NCBI GenBank assembly: GCA_937858235.1
Contig: CALLZZ010000575.1
Coordinates: forward strand, 11,268-75,267
Length of the DNA: 64,000 nucleotides
Source: an uncultured Clostridia bacterium
Lineage (GTDB): Bacteria > Bacillota > Clostridia > Oscillospirales > Oscillospiraceae
Direction of reading: 5' to 3'
Shown here: positions 29,697 through 39,075 of the stretch, piece after piece
Numbering within the stretch: the stretch's first letter is position 1
Layout: every line of letters begins with the position of its first letter
Notes under the pieces: model-generated
Told to the model about the DNA's origin: nothing
The model's database searches: none
What the model saw: the letters and a program-made list of their open reading frames with translations, nothing else
Translations under genes and position numbers: made by a program

Positions 29697-30029
29697 ATGA
29701 AAAAAGAGCGGCTTGCAGAGCATCTGCACAAATACCATCACGGCGCAGAAAATGCCGTTATAAGCAAAACGCTGGAACTGACCTTTCGCATTTCAGGCAA
29801 GGAGCTACGGAATCTGGTCAATGCCCTGCGCCGTGATGGTATCCCAATCGCCAGCGATCAAAGCGGATATTTTTATGCAAAGACGGAAGCAGAAGTCCGC
29901 CTGACCATTCGGCACATGAGAAACCGCATCAGCGGAATCAGCGCCGCCATCACAGGGCTCAGGCGTTCCCTCGCGGCATTTGACGATACGCAGATGCGCC
30001 TGCCGCTGGAGGGAGGTGATGACTCCTGA
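29697..30029 (+). CDS. Winged-HTH protein
   Basis: LRNLVNALRRDGIPIAS..GYFYA; SD AAAGGAG. Confidence 0.75.
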   Translation: MKKERLAEHLHKYHHGAENAVISKTLELTFRISGKELRNLVNALRRDGIPIASDQSGYFYAKTEAEVRLTIRHMRNRISGISAAITGLRRSLAAFDDTQMRLPLEGGDDS

Positions 30030-30889
30030 ACAGCTTTATGTCCTGGATCGGCGGCAAGAAATCCCTGCGTGAGCTGATCGTCACGCTTTTCCCCCTCTAT
30101 TATGAGCGGTACATCGAGGTATTCGGCGGGGGCGGCTGGGTGCTTTTTCATAAGGCGCCCGGTAATGACTTTGAGGTCTACAACGACTTCAACAGCCTGT
30201 TGGTCAATCTGTACCGCTGTGTGCGGGAAAAGCCCTATGAGCTGATGGAAGCACTGCAATATGCCCTCAACTCCCGTGAGGATTTTGAGTTTGTAAAAAA
30301 TGCTCTCGCCCGTGACAGCCCTGCTTCCGATGTGCAAAAAGCGGCGTGGTTTTACCAGCTCATCCGTTACAGCTATGCGTCAGGGCTTACCAGTTACGGC
30401 AGTCAGCCCCACGATATTCGCGCCAATTTCCCGGTCATTGAACAGGCCCACAGACGCCTTGCCAAGGTAGTCATTGAAAACAAGGATTTTGAAAAGCTGA
30501 TCGGCCAGTATGACCGACCCGTCAGTTTTTTCTACTGTGACCCGCCTTATTTTGAAACTGAAAGCTACTACAAAAATGTAGGCGAGGACGGCTTCACAGA
30601 AAAAGATCACATCCGTCTGCGGGATGCACTCCTGCGGATCGAAGGTAAATTCCTGCTCTCATATAACGACTGTGAGTTTATCCGTGACCTCTACGATGCG
30701 CCGGGAATTCAAATTGACTCTTATACCCGTATCAATAACATCAAACAACGCTATGACAATGGGGCGCAGTTCCCCGAAATCCTCATTGCCAACTACGACA
30801 TGCAGGAACGTGAGGAAAACGCCCCCTCACAGCTTAATCTGTTTGACGTGGGCTGTCTAAACACTGAAAAGGAGGAACCAACCTTATGA
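30026..30889 (+). CDS. dam: DNA adenine methyltransferase (Dam/D12 class), probable CTG start
   Basis: WIGGK, EVFGGGG, DPPY. Confidence 0.92.
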   Translation: MNSFMSWIGGKKSLRELIVTLFPLYYERYIEVFGGGGWVLFHKAPGNDFEVYNDFNSLLVNLYRCVREKPYELMEALQYALNSREDFEFVKNALARDSPASDVQKAAWFYQLIRYSYASGLTSYGSQPHDIRANFPVIEQAHRRLAKVVIENKDFEKLIGQYDRPVSFFYCDPPYFETESYYKNVGEDGFTEKDHIRLRDALLRIEGKFLLSYNDCEFIRDLYDAPGIQIDSYTRINNIKQRYDNGAQFPEILIANYDMQEREENAPSQLNLFDVGCLNTEKEEPTL

Positions 30890-31461
30890 AAAAGAATCCT
30901 ATGCCCCAAATCGGCCTCCCTGCCGATGCCTGCCAGATGTCCGGCTTTACGGACAAGGATACCTTGGAGCTTCATGCCGCCGAGGGTGCCCTTGTATTTA
31001 TGAAGGACAAAATGACAGCACTGGAGGTGTCAAGAGCCATCCAAAGCCTCAGCACCATTGCCTCCAGCCTGACTGTCACCCTTGCCGACGCCTGCGGGCT
31101 TTGCGATAACTGCGGCGATGGACTCTGCGAGGACTGTGAAAACACAGTGAAGCACACCTCACGCCTTGGCAATCCTGCCGAGTGGGTAGCAAACTGCTCT
31201 CTCTGCCATGACCTTTTGGATGAAAGCCAGTGCATCCATATCCCCGATTATCTGATGGAGGAAGCGGGTATTCCCGCAGGCACCAAGCTGGAAGCCTGCA
31301 CCGATGAGGACAGCGGAGAGATCACGGTTGCCGCCGCCGATATTCAGCAGGATATCACCGATATCTCCCCCGATATTCTGGAGGTTCTGGCACTGAGCGG
31401 CATCTGCCTTGCGGAGCTGGATGAACTGATTATGCTGGAGGAAATCGTCTATGGCAAATGA
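30886..31461 (+). CDS. Protein with two AbrB/MazE-like segments and a Cys cluster
   Basis: IGLP..GF..TLEL and IHIP..AGI..KLEA segments; CxxCxxCxxxxCxxC. Confidence 0.6.
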   Translation: MKKNPMPQIGLPADACQMSGFTDKDTLELHAAEGALVFMKDKMTALEVSRAIQSLSTIASSLTVTLADACGLCDNCGDGLCEDCENTVKHTSRLGNPAEWVANCSLCHDLLDESQCIHIPDYLMEEAGIPAGTKLEACTDEDSGEITVAAADIQQDITDISPDILEVLALSGICLAELDELIMLEEIVYGK

Positions 31462-32191
31462 TTTTCCGTATGTTTACCCTTATTCTCGTGAGGAAGCAAA
31501 GCGGCTGAACCAGCTTCCCCTGTGGCGGGATAGCCATAAGGAGAACGTGGCCTGTAAAGATGCCATTGAGGAAGCGATTCGCCGGGACTTTGACGGCATG
31601 TATCTCGACAAGGACTGCGCCGAAAGCGTAATTGCCAAGTTTGGATACCACCGGGTGGCTTACGTTCTCGCCAACTCCCTTCAGCGGAAGGACTACGATG
31701 GGCGCTTTTCCCGCGGCAACCACGATTGGGCAAAGCAGAACTATATCCCGCCCGACAAGGACGCCTACACCAACAGCAATAGTAAATTCGCTGTTGACAG
31801 CCATCCTGCGGTGCTGGACGGTTTTGTCAACCAGTACCGCAGGGCATACCAGAGCCTTGCCCTGATCGACCATACCCACTGCCTACCCGATACGGAAAAG
31901 CAAGATTTTGAGGGCAAGGTAGTTGTCCTCTCGCCCAAAGCGCTGAAGGAAAGCTGCCTCACGGCACAGGATCAGCTCTGGCTGTGTACCGGCGGATTCG
32001 GCACTCATGCCGGAGCCAGAGGACGGGCTGTCTTTGCCACCAACCTCGCAGACGGTGAGAAAACCCGCTGGGATAGAACCGACTTTGTCGGCGTGCTCGC
32101 GGACAGCCACCTTCCCGATTGGGCGATTGAAAAGCTCTCAGAGATGCAGGAGCAGGAATCTTCCGCTATGGGAGGGATGGAAATGAAGTGA
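31451..32191 (+). CDS. DUF3849-domain protein
   Basis: WRDSHKENVACKDAIE, DGRFSRGN, SHPAVLDGF. Confidence 0.75.
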   Translation: MANDFPYVYPYSREEAKRLNQLPLWRDSHKENVACKDAIEEAIRRDFDGMYLDKDCAESVIAKFGYHRVAYVLANSLQRKDYDGRFSRGNHDWAKQNYIPPDKDAYTNSNSKFAVDSHPAVLDGFVNQYRRAYQSLALIDHTHCLPDTEKQDFEGKVVVLSPKALKESCLTAQDQLWLCTGGFGTHAGARGRAVFATNLADGEKTRWDRTDFVGVLADSHLPDWAIEKLSEMQEQESSAMGGMEMK

Positions 32192-32204
32192 CGGAGGTGG
32201 AAAT

Positions 32205-32759
32205 ATGTCTGGAATCTCATTAAAAAATGGCCTCATTTCCTACTATGGGAATCCGGCGGGATACACAGAAAAAGAAAAAGCCGTGGTGGACAGCATCTTC
32301 CGAAATGATGAGCTGTCCGGCTGGCTAAAGAGCCGTTCCTTAACGCCTGAGTGGACAGACGGCGTGATGGAGCGGCTTCTTGCAGGGGAACGAATGGGCG
32401 GCATGGAAGCCGCCACTCCCCTGAAGAATGTCCGCATCTGGCAGCTTAAGCCCGATGTAGATATTCTCAAGAAGTTTATATCCTACGAAGAAATGGTGCG
32501 GCAGTTTGGAGAACCGTCTCCTGAAGATTACCGTATCGCCTATGACGGTCAGCTCGACACCAACGACCTCGAAGCCATCTATGCAAGGTGCAATATCAAT
32601 CACCCGCCGGGATATAACGGACATTCTCTGTCCATGTCTGACGTGGTGGAGCTTTATGACGCACAGGGCAGCGAGTATCACTACTGCGACCGCTTCGGTT
32701 TCGAGCAGATCAGCTTCGAGGGACCGGAGCAAACCCAAACCATGGACATGGGTATGTAG
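32205..32759 (+). CDS. YodL-domain protein
   Basis: GHSLSMSDVV, YCDRFGF. Confidence 0.8.
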   Translation: MSGISLKNGLISYYGNPAGYTEKEKAVVDSIFRNDELSGWLKSRSLTPEWTDGVMERLLAGERMGGMEAATPLKNVRIWQLKPDVDILKKFISYEEMVRQFGEPSPEDYRIAYDGQLDTNDLEAIYARCNINHPPGYNGHSLSMSDVVELYDAQGSEYHYCDRFGFEQISFEGPEQTQTMDMGM

Positions 32760-32813
32760 GCAGCTTCAGGCTGTCTTTTCTCATGCCCCGATCAATAAAA
32801 GGGAGGAAACTAT

Positions 32814-33074
32814 ATGATTCAGCTTATGAAAAAGATAAAAGGCACAATTTCACACAAGATTATGGCGGTTAAGGAGGCCGCCAGTCTCTTATTGCGCAGC
32901 AGGAGCATTCTCACCGGCAACGCCGGGGAGGGTTACATCGATACGGCTATCAAAATCCTGCTGGCCGTTGTCCTTGGCGCCCTGCTCCTTGCGGGGCTTT
33001 ACGCACTGTTTGGGGAAACGGTCCTGCCGACCCTGACTGAGCGCATTAAGGAAATGTTCAACTACGGAGGTTAA
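32814..33074 (+). CDS. Flp-like pilin (DUF6133-like), copy 1
   Basis: Basic leader, G|EGYIDTA, TM helix. Confidence 0.75.
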   Translation: MIQLMKKIKGTISHKIMAVKEAASLLLRSRSILTGNAGEGYIDTAIKILLAVVLGALLLAGLYALFGETVLPTLTERIKEMFNYGG

Positions 33075-33107
33075 TGGCATCAAAAACTTTAAAAAAGGAG
33101 GAAAATC

Positions 33108-33461
33108 ATGCCTACAACACCAGCCATTCCCAAATATGATGTGAAAATTCACTCCATCCGCCCAGAGGGAAGTTGCAAGGCCACCGCTTCGGTCAATGTT
33201 TACGGCGATTTTGCCGTGCGGGGCATCAAGGTCATGGAGGGCTCCAAGGGGCTGTTTGTTTCCATGCCCAGCTACAAAGCCGGAAACGGTGAGTACAAGG
33301 ATATCTGCTTCCCCTGCACCAAGGAGGCCAAGGCGGAATTTGACAAGACGGTCATGGATGCCTATCAGCAGGCTCTGACCCAGGGGCGGGCCGCCTCACA
33401 GAAACAGGAATCCCCCGAACCCCGGCAGGAGCAAAGCCAGCCTGCTATGGGCGGGATGTAG
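33108..33461 (+). CDS. spoVG: SpoVG-family nucleic-acid binding protein
   Basis: GIKVMEGSKGLFVSMPS..GEYKDICFP. Confidence 0.88.
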   Translation: MPTTPAIPKYDVKIHSIRPEGSCKATASVNVYGDFAVRGIKVMEGSKGLFVSMPSYKAGNGEYKDICFPCTKEAKAEFDKTVMDAYQQALTQGRAASQKQESPEPRQEQSQPAMGGM

Positions 33462-33471
33462 GAGGTAACCT

Positions 33472-36400
33472 ATGAATAGGAAAATGAAAAGGCCGCTGGG
33501 CATTCTCCTCTTGGTCTGCTTGTTGGTTTCTCTGATTGCGGGAAGTGCCTATGCGGTGAACCGATATTTTGAGGATGCCAAAGGCCATTGGGCAGAGGAA
33601 GCCATTCAGATCCTTGCGAATAAGGGTATCATCTGCGGCTATCCCGATGGTCTGGTACACCCCGATGCCATCATTACCAGAGGCGAGTTTGCTGCCCTGA
33701 TTGCCAGAACCATGGAACTGCCGGAACCAAATGTAAGCGAAGTCACCATTTCCTTTACCGACATTGCCGGCCACTGGTCGGCGCAGCAAGTAGAGGCGCT
33801 CATCATTGCGGGAGTCATTCAAAAGGATGATTTCGGCATGAAGTTCCAGCCGGACAAACCCATCACCCGCATGGAGATGATTCGCATGCTGGTAAGGGCT
33901 ATCGGCAAGGGAGAACATGACCCATCATGCCCTTGCGTTACCGGGTTTTCTGATGACGACGGGCTCAGTGATGGGGATAAAGCCAGCATCTGCACCGGTA
34001 AAAAGTACGACATTGTGAACGGCTACCCCGATGGTACGGTAAAGCCGGATGGAGAAGCCACCCGTGCAGAAGCCTTTGAGATGTTGGTAGATGCGGATAA
34101 GGCAAAGGAGCAAATCAAAAAAGAAGAACCAGCGAAGCCGCCCGTAACACCCAAGCCGGAGGATAAACCTTCCAGTAGCGGAGGGGGCTCTTCCTATGTC
34201 CCCGCCCCGCAGTTCAATTTTACCCTGCCCAAAACCGCCTATGTTGCCGATGAAATTGAGATCAAGCCGGAAAGCCGCTATGTGAGCGGCATGACATGGA
34301 CAATTCTCAAAAATGGGCTGCCCGCCGAGCTTTCCGAACTGACAGAGGGTGAGCTGACCTCTACTGGCGGCAAGGTAAAATTCACGCAGACAGGCAGCAT
34401 CACTCTCATTGCCACGGCAAAAAACAGCCGGGGTGCTACGGTGACCCATGAGCAGATAATCAGCATCTACCCGGTGGTTACGTCCTCTTTCACGCTACCG
34501 GAAACCGCCCATACCGACACGGCTGTGGCGGTGGAGCTTTCCACTGAAAACCCTGGCCTCAATTCGGTGGTGTGGTCCCTTCAAAAAGGCGGGGCTGCCG
34601 CAGATATTGACAAAGCCCTAACCGGAGAATTGGATTCGACTGGCGGCACGGTGCTGTTTAAGGAAAAGGGCAGCTACACGCTGACCGCTTCCATCACAGA
34701 CGAGCTGGGCAAAGCCATCATTGCCGAAAACGGTATCACCATCTATCCTGTGGCAGAGGTAAAGCTCACCCTGCCGTCAGTTACCCATACCGATAAAACC
34801 ATCACTCTACAAACAGAAACAAAAGAAACAGATGGTCTCACGCTGGACTACACCCTGACCCGAAACGGTGAACCCGCCGAAATCGGCACATGGATCGAAG
34901 GGAATCCCAACCAGGGCAGCATTCGGTTTAAGGAAAAAGGCGTGTATGCTCTGACTGCTTCCGTTACCGATGCAACCGGCAGAGTGTTTGCCAATACCAC
35001 GGACATCGCCGTCTACCCGGTAGGCTCGGCAGGATTCTATTTGCCCGAAATCTTTCATACCGACAAAACCGTTCATGTGGAAGCCATATTTTCTGAAATC
35101 GGAAGCCATACCGCCAAGTGGTCACTGCTGCGTGACGGCAAGGAGGTATCCTTGACCGATGTGGCGGAGGGAACGCTGGGCAACAGTGGTGGTGAGCTGA
35201 AGTTTAACTCCAAGGGCAGCTATGTCCTGAATGCGGAGTTTACCGATGATGGCGGCAGAAGCTACAGCTATCATCAGGGCTTCAAGGTTTATCCCGTGCC
35301 TGCTGTAAGCTATAGCCTGCCAAAGTACGCTCATACCGACACCGACATCACGGTCCGAGCTGAAAGCGCCGATCTGGACGGTCTCACCATCGAATGGCTG
35401 GTGGATAACACCTACGGCTTTCAGGACTGGCCGACCTATATCAGTGGACAACTCACAAATGACGGCGGCACCATCCGCTATAAAAGAGCCGGTATCTATG
35501 AATTGGTAGCAAGAGTCACCGATGAAACAAGCCGTATCTTTTTATACGAAAGCATGGACAGGTGCGAGGTGCTTCCCGTGCTGAACATCGGCTTTGAGCT
35601 TCCCGCCTTTGCCTACACCGATACCGCCATCGATCTCAGAACCCATGGCAACAATAATGTTCTGCCGGTGGAGTGGTCCGTTAGCAAGGACGGCAGGAGC
35701 ATTACACTCATTGAGGCATTCAGTGGAAGCCTCACCCCTCAGGGCGGCAAAATCACCTTTAAGGGTGACGGCGAGTATGTCCTCACCGCAGCCATGACCG
35801 ATTACCTGAATCGCAGCTACTCCTACAGCGAAAGCATCCGCATCCTGCCGGTGGTGCAGTATGCATTCACCATGCCGCAGACTGTTCACTATGGTGCGCA
35901 GTTTGATGTTGCCGCAAAGGATGTTCAGCACATCGAAAGCTATACAGTAGTCTGGACGCTGCAAAAGGACGGCAATACCTCACCGTATCAGGGCACTCTG
36001 GGCAATGACGGCGGCAGGATTGCTATCCGTGACACCGGCGACTTTACCCTGACCGCCTCCGTTACTGACAGTGCAGGGCGTGTAACCTCCCATTCGGAAA
36101 GCATCACGGTAACCAACACTGCGCCAAATGCACCTGTGGTAACGGCGGTTCCCACCCGTACAGCAAAGGATGGCAAGTTCCTTGTAAACATCACCGCCAG
36201 TGCTGACGATCCCGATGGGGATGCGGTGACCTTGGAGTATGAGGATACCACGGCCGACAGCTACTATGTGCCGGGCAGCCACACCATCCGCGTCAGGGCA
36301 AAGGATATCGCCGGGGCTTATTCACCGTGGACCGAGAAATCCTTCACCGTGACCAATGCCGCCCCCACCGTTACCCTGACAGCCGAACCGACCCGCACGG

Positions 36401-37404
36401 TCAAGGACGGCAAATTCCTTGTTAACATCAACGCCCAGGCGTCCGATGCGGACGGCGACGCAACCACGCTGGAATGGGAAAACAAGGCGTCAGACAACTA
36501 CTATGCCCCAGGCACCCATACCGTCCGTGTCCGTGCAAAAGACATTGCCGGAGCTTATTCCCCTTGGGCAGAAAAGACCTTTACCATCACCAGTTCCGCA
36601 CCGACTGTAACCCTGACCGCAACCCCCACTCGAACAGCGAATAACGGTAAATTCCTTGTCAACATCAGCGCCGTGGCATCCGATGCGGACGGCGACGCAA
36701 CCACGCTGGAATGGGAAAATAAGGCGTCAGATAACTACTATGCCGTTGGTACCCATACCATCCGTGTCCGTGCCAAGGATGCAACAGGGCTGTATTCGGA
36801 GTGGATATCAAGGACATTTACAATCACAAACTCCGCGCCGACTGCGCCGGTCATCACCAGGACGCCAAGCGGCAACAGCGTACTGCCGGGAACGCCGGTC
36901 ACCATCAAGGCAACCAGCTCCGATCCCGATGGCGATTCTGTCACCCTCGTTTGGGAAGGCAGAAATGCCGAAACGCAGACCTACCCGCTGGGCAGGAATG
37001 TGGTGCGTGTCAAAGCGGTGGATTCTGCAGGAGCTGAATCTCCCTGGTCTGCCATCGTGTTCTTTGTGGCTGACTCAAACGGCAGCGGCGGCATGACCCT
37101 CACCGGCCCCGATTCAGTGATTCTGGAAAACGGCCTTGAAGGTGCCACCATCACGGAGTATACCTTCACCGTTCCGCCTGTCAGCGGTCACAGCGGCTCT
37201 GACTTTGGCAGAGTGCGCGGATATAACAGGATTACCGGCCAGTGGGATCAGCTTGATTACGGCACAACCACAAACGGTATCACTTTCAGCCGTACCCTCG
37301 GCGCAGGCGTGTATACCAGGCTGGAGTTTTATTATTATACGAACCACTCGTGCATGTACAACAAGTCCAATATCACCTACTCGGTGACTTATCACTTTGA
37401 ATAA
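33472..37404 (+). CDS. Large SLH-anchored repeat adhesin
   Basis: Signal peptide, 3 SLH, about 6 Ig-like ~90-aa repeats, 4 DxDGD repeats of ~79 aa. Confidence 0.85.
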   Translation: MNRKMKRPLGILLLVCLLVSLIAGSAYAVNRYFEDAKGHWAEEAIQILANKGIICGYPDGLVHPDAIITRGEFAALIARTMELPEPNVSEVTISFTDIAGHWSAQQVEALIIAGVIQKDDFGMKFQPDKPITRMEMIRMLVRAIGKGEHDPSCPCVTGFSDDDGLSDGDKASICTGKKYDIVNGYPDGTVKPDGEATRAEAFEMLVDADKAKEQIKKEEPAKPPVTPKPEDKPSSSGGGSSYVPAPQFNFTLPKTAYVADEIEIKPESRYVSGMTWTILKNGLPAELSELTEGELTSTGGKVKFTQTGSITLIATAKNSRGATVTHEQIISIYPVVTSSFTLPETAHTDTAVAVELSTENPGLNSVVWSLQKGGAAADIDKALTGELDSTGGTVLFKEKGSYTLTASITDELGKAIIAENGITIYPVAEVKLTLPSVTHTDKTITLQTETKETDGLTLDYTLTRNGEPAEIGTWIEGNPNQGSIRFKEKGVYALTASVTDATGRVFANTTDIAVYPVGSAGFYLPEIFHTDKTVHVEAIFSEIGSHTAKWSLLRDGKEVSLTDVAEGTLGNSGGELKFNSKGSYVLNAEFTDDGGRSYSYHQGFKVYPVPAVSYSLPKYAHTDTDITVRAESADLDGLTIEWLVDNTYGFQDWPTYISGQLTNDGGTIRYKRAGIYELVARVTDETSRIFLYESMDRCEVLPVLNIGFELPAFAYTDTAIDLRTHGNNNVLPVEWSVSKDGRSITLIEAFSGSLTPQGGKITFKGDGEYVLTAAMTDYLNRSYSYSESIRILPVVQYAFTMPQTVHYGAQFDVAAKDVQHIESYTVVWTLQKDGNTSPYQGTLGNDGGRIAIRDTGDFTLTASVTDSAGRVTSHSESITVTNTAPNAPVVTAVPTRTAKDGKFLVNITASADDPDGDAVTLEYEDTTADSYYVPGSHTIRVRAKDIAGAYSPWTEKSFTVTNAAPTVTLTAEPTRTVKDGKFLVNINAQASDADGDATTLEWENKASDNYYAPGTHTVRVRAKDIAGAYSPWAEKTFTITSSAPTVTLTATPTRTANNGKFLVNISAVASDADGDATTLEWENKASDNYYAVGTHTIRVRAKDATGLYSEWISRTFTITNSAPTAPVITRTPSGNSVLPGTPVTIKATSSDPDGDSVTLVWEGRNAETQTYPLGRNVVRVKAVDSAGAESPWSAIVFFVADSNGSGGMTLTGPDSVILENGLEGATITEYTFTVPPVSGHSGSDFGRVRGYNRITGQWDQLDYGTTTNGITFSRTLGAGVYTRLEFYYYTNHSCMYNKSNITYSVTYHFE
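36112..37068 (+). repeat. Four intragenic tandem repeats of 237-240 bp
   Basis: Units start at 36112, 36352, 36589, 36826; units 2 and 3 share long near-identical DNA. Confidence 0.85.
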
Positions 37405-37416
37405 GGAGGAAAATCC

Positions 37417-37647
37417 ATGAAACATCTGTTTTGCAAGCTGAAGAACAAGGTTGCCACGGCCACTGTCAGAACCCGACGAGTCCTTTCCGGTAACCGCGGG
37501 GAGGGCTACATTGACACAGCCATCAAAATCCTGCTGGCGGTTGTCCTTGGCGCCCTGCTCCTTGCGGGACTCTATGCCCTGTTTGGGGAAACAGTGCTGC
37601 CGACCCTAACCCAGCGGATCAAGGAAATGTTCAACTATGGAGGCTAA
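37417..37647 (+). CDS. Flp-like pilin (DUF6133-like), copy 2
   Basis: Mature part differs from copy 1 by one residue (E/Q). Confidence 0.78.
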   Translation: MKHLFCKLKNKVATATVRTRRVLSGNRGEGYIDTAIKILLAVVLGALLLAGLYALFGETVLPTLTQRIKEMFNYGG

Positions 37648-38089
37648 TGGCATCGCACAGGCGGTGCTTTTTTCTTGTCTGCTTATGGCGGCTTCTGTGT
37701 GGGATCTCCGTAAACGGATCATCCCGGACAGCATCTGCATCCTGATTGCACTGACGGGGCTGATTGATTTCAGCCCCGTCAAGTTTTTGGGCATTCTTGC
37801 GGCACTGCCGCTTTTGATTGCTGCCCTATACAAGCCAGACGGCGTCGGAGGCGGGGATATCAAGCTCACTGCCGCCGCAGGCATTGTTTTGGGATTTTGG
37901 GGATGCACGGCAGGGCTGATACTCGGCCTGACCGCATCCCTCTTTTTTTACCTCTTAAACCAAACCATCAGAAGGCTCCGAAAACTGGAGCCGCAGAAAG
38001 CGGCACAGGCATCCCTGCCCATGGCGCCGTTTTTATCCCTCGGCTTTCTTGCCGCAACCATTATGAAAATTGGAGGAAACATCCTATGA
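37637..38089 (+). CDS. A24 prepilin peptidase (TadV/CpaA-like)
   Basis: WDLRKRIIPD, GGGDIKL, PMAPFL. Confidence 0.88.
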   Translation: MEANGIAQAVLFSCLLMAASVWDLRKRIIPDSICILIALTGLIDFSPVKFLGILAALPLLIAALYKPDGVGGGDIKLTAAAGIVLGFWGCTAGLILGLTASLFFYLLNQTIRRLRKLEPQKAAQASLPMAPFLSLGFLAATIMKIGGNIL

Positions 38090-38217
38090 AAAGAATCCAT
38101 ATCAGCAGAAAAAAGACCATTCTCATCGCCGGTATCGCCGCCGTTTCATTGATGGCCGCTGCCTTTATTCCCAAGACAGTCAGGGCACACAGCCGCAGGA
38201 AATACGCTTCCGTTTAA
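38086..38217 (+). CDS. 43-aa single-TM peptide
   Basis: SD GGAGG, ATGA overlap with peptidase stop. Confidence 0.5.
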   Translation: MKRIHISRKKTILIAGIAAVSLMAAAFIPKTVRAHSRRKYASV

Positions 38218-38250
38218 GCAACATCAAATGAATTCAAGGAGGAAAACCCT

Positions 38251-39075
38251 ATGAGCCTTTTCAAAAATCGCACGGTTGTCGGCGTGATCTGCATCCTTTT
38301 GTCCCTGCTCATCTGCTTCGGCGTGACGCCGCTGTTCAATAAATCCGTCAGCCAGAAAACCGAGATTGTTCGCGTGACCAAGGAGATCAAGGCAGGCGAT
38401 GAAATCACCAAGGATATGGTCCAAACCGTGGAGGTGGGCAGTTTCGGGCTGCCCGAAAATGTCATCCGCCAGAGCGGAACGGTCATCGGCAAATATGCCA
38501 AAGCCGACCTCTCCATCGGTGACTATATCTTAAATACCAAGCTCTCCGACACACCGGCCGTGGAAAACACCTACCTTTATAATCTGGACGGCACCAAGCA
38601 GGCCATGTCGGTGACCATCAAGAGCTTTGCAAACGGTCTGTCCGGCAAACTTCAGAGCGGCGACATCGTGTCGATCATTGCCGCCGACTACAAAAAACAA
38701 GGCGCCACCGTCATCCCCGCCGAGCTGAAATATGTGGAGGTCATCAGCGTGACCGCATCCTCCGGCTGTGACGCCAATACCGGGGAGGCTACCGCTGGGG
38801 ATGACGAGCGTGAGCTGCCCTCCACCGTAACCCTGCTGGTTTCCCCCGAACAGAGCAAGATATTGGCGGAGCTGGAGTCTGACGGCAAGCTCCATCTGTC
38901 CCTCGTTTATCGTGGAACCCCTGCCAATGCCGCAAAGTTTATAACAGCGCAGGATAAGGTCATCACCGCGCTATATCCCACAGCGCAGCCGGAGGAAAGC
39001 TCTTCTGAACCTGAATCTCAAGGATCGGAGGAAAGCACAGCATCCGAAACACCTGGGGAAAGCGGGGTGCAGTAA
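38251..39075 (+). CDS. cpaB: Flp pilus assembly protein CpaB/RcpC
   Basis: TM, SAF domain, LQSGDIVSII, VTLLVSPEQ. Confidence 0.85.
   Translation: MSLFKNRTVVGVICILLSLLICFGVTPLFNKSVSQKTEIVRVTKEIKAGDEITKDMVQTVEVGSFGLPENVIRQSGTVIGKYAKADLSIGDYILNTKLSDTPAVENTYLYNLDGTKQAMSVTIKSFANGLSGKLQSGDIVSIIAADYKKQGATVIPAELKYVEVISVTASSGCDANTGEATAGDDERELPSTVTLLVSPEQSKILAELESDGKLHLSLVYRGTPANAAKFITAQDKVITALYPTAQPEESSSEPESQGSEESTASETPGESGVQ

Noticed and set aside
36112-37068. CRISPR array or DGR template/variable repeats
   Set aside because: In-frame domain repeats without spacers or adenine-specific changes; no cas or RT genes
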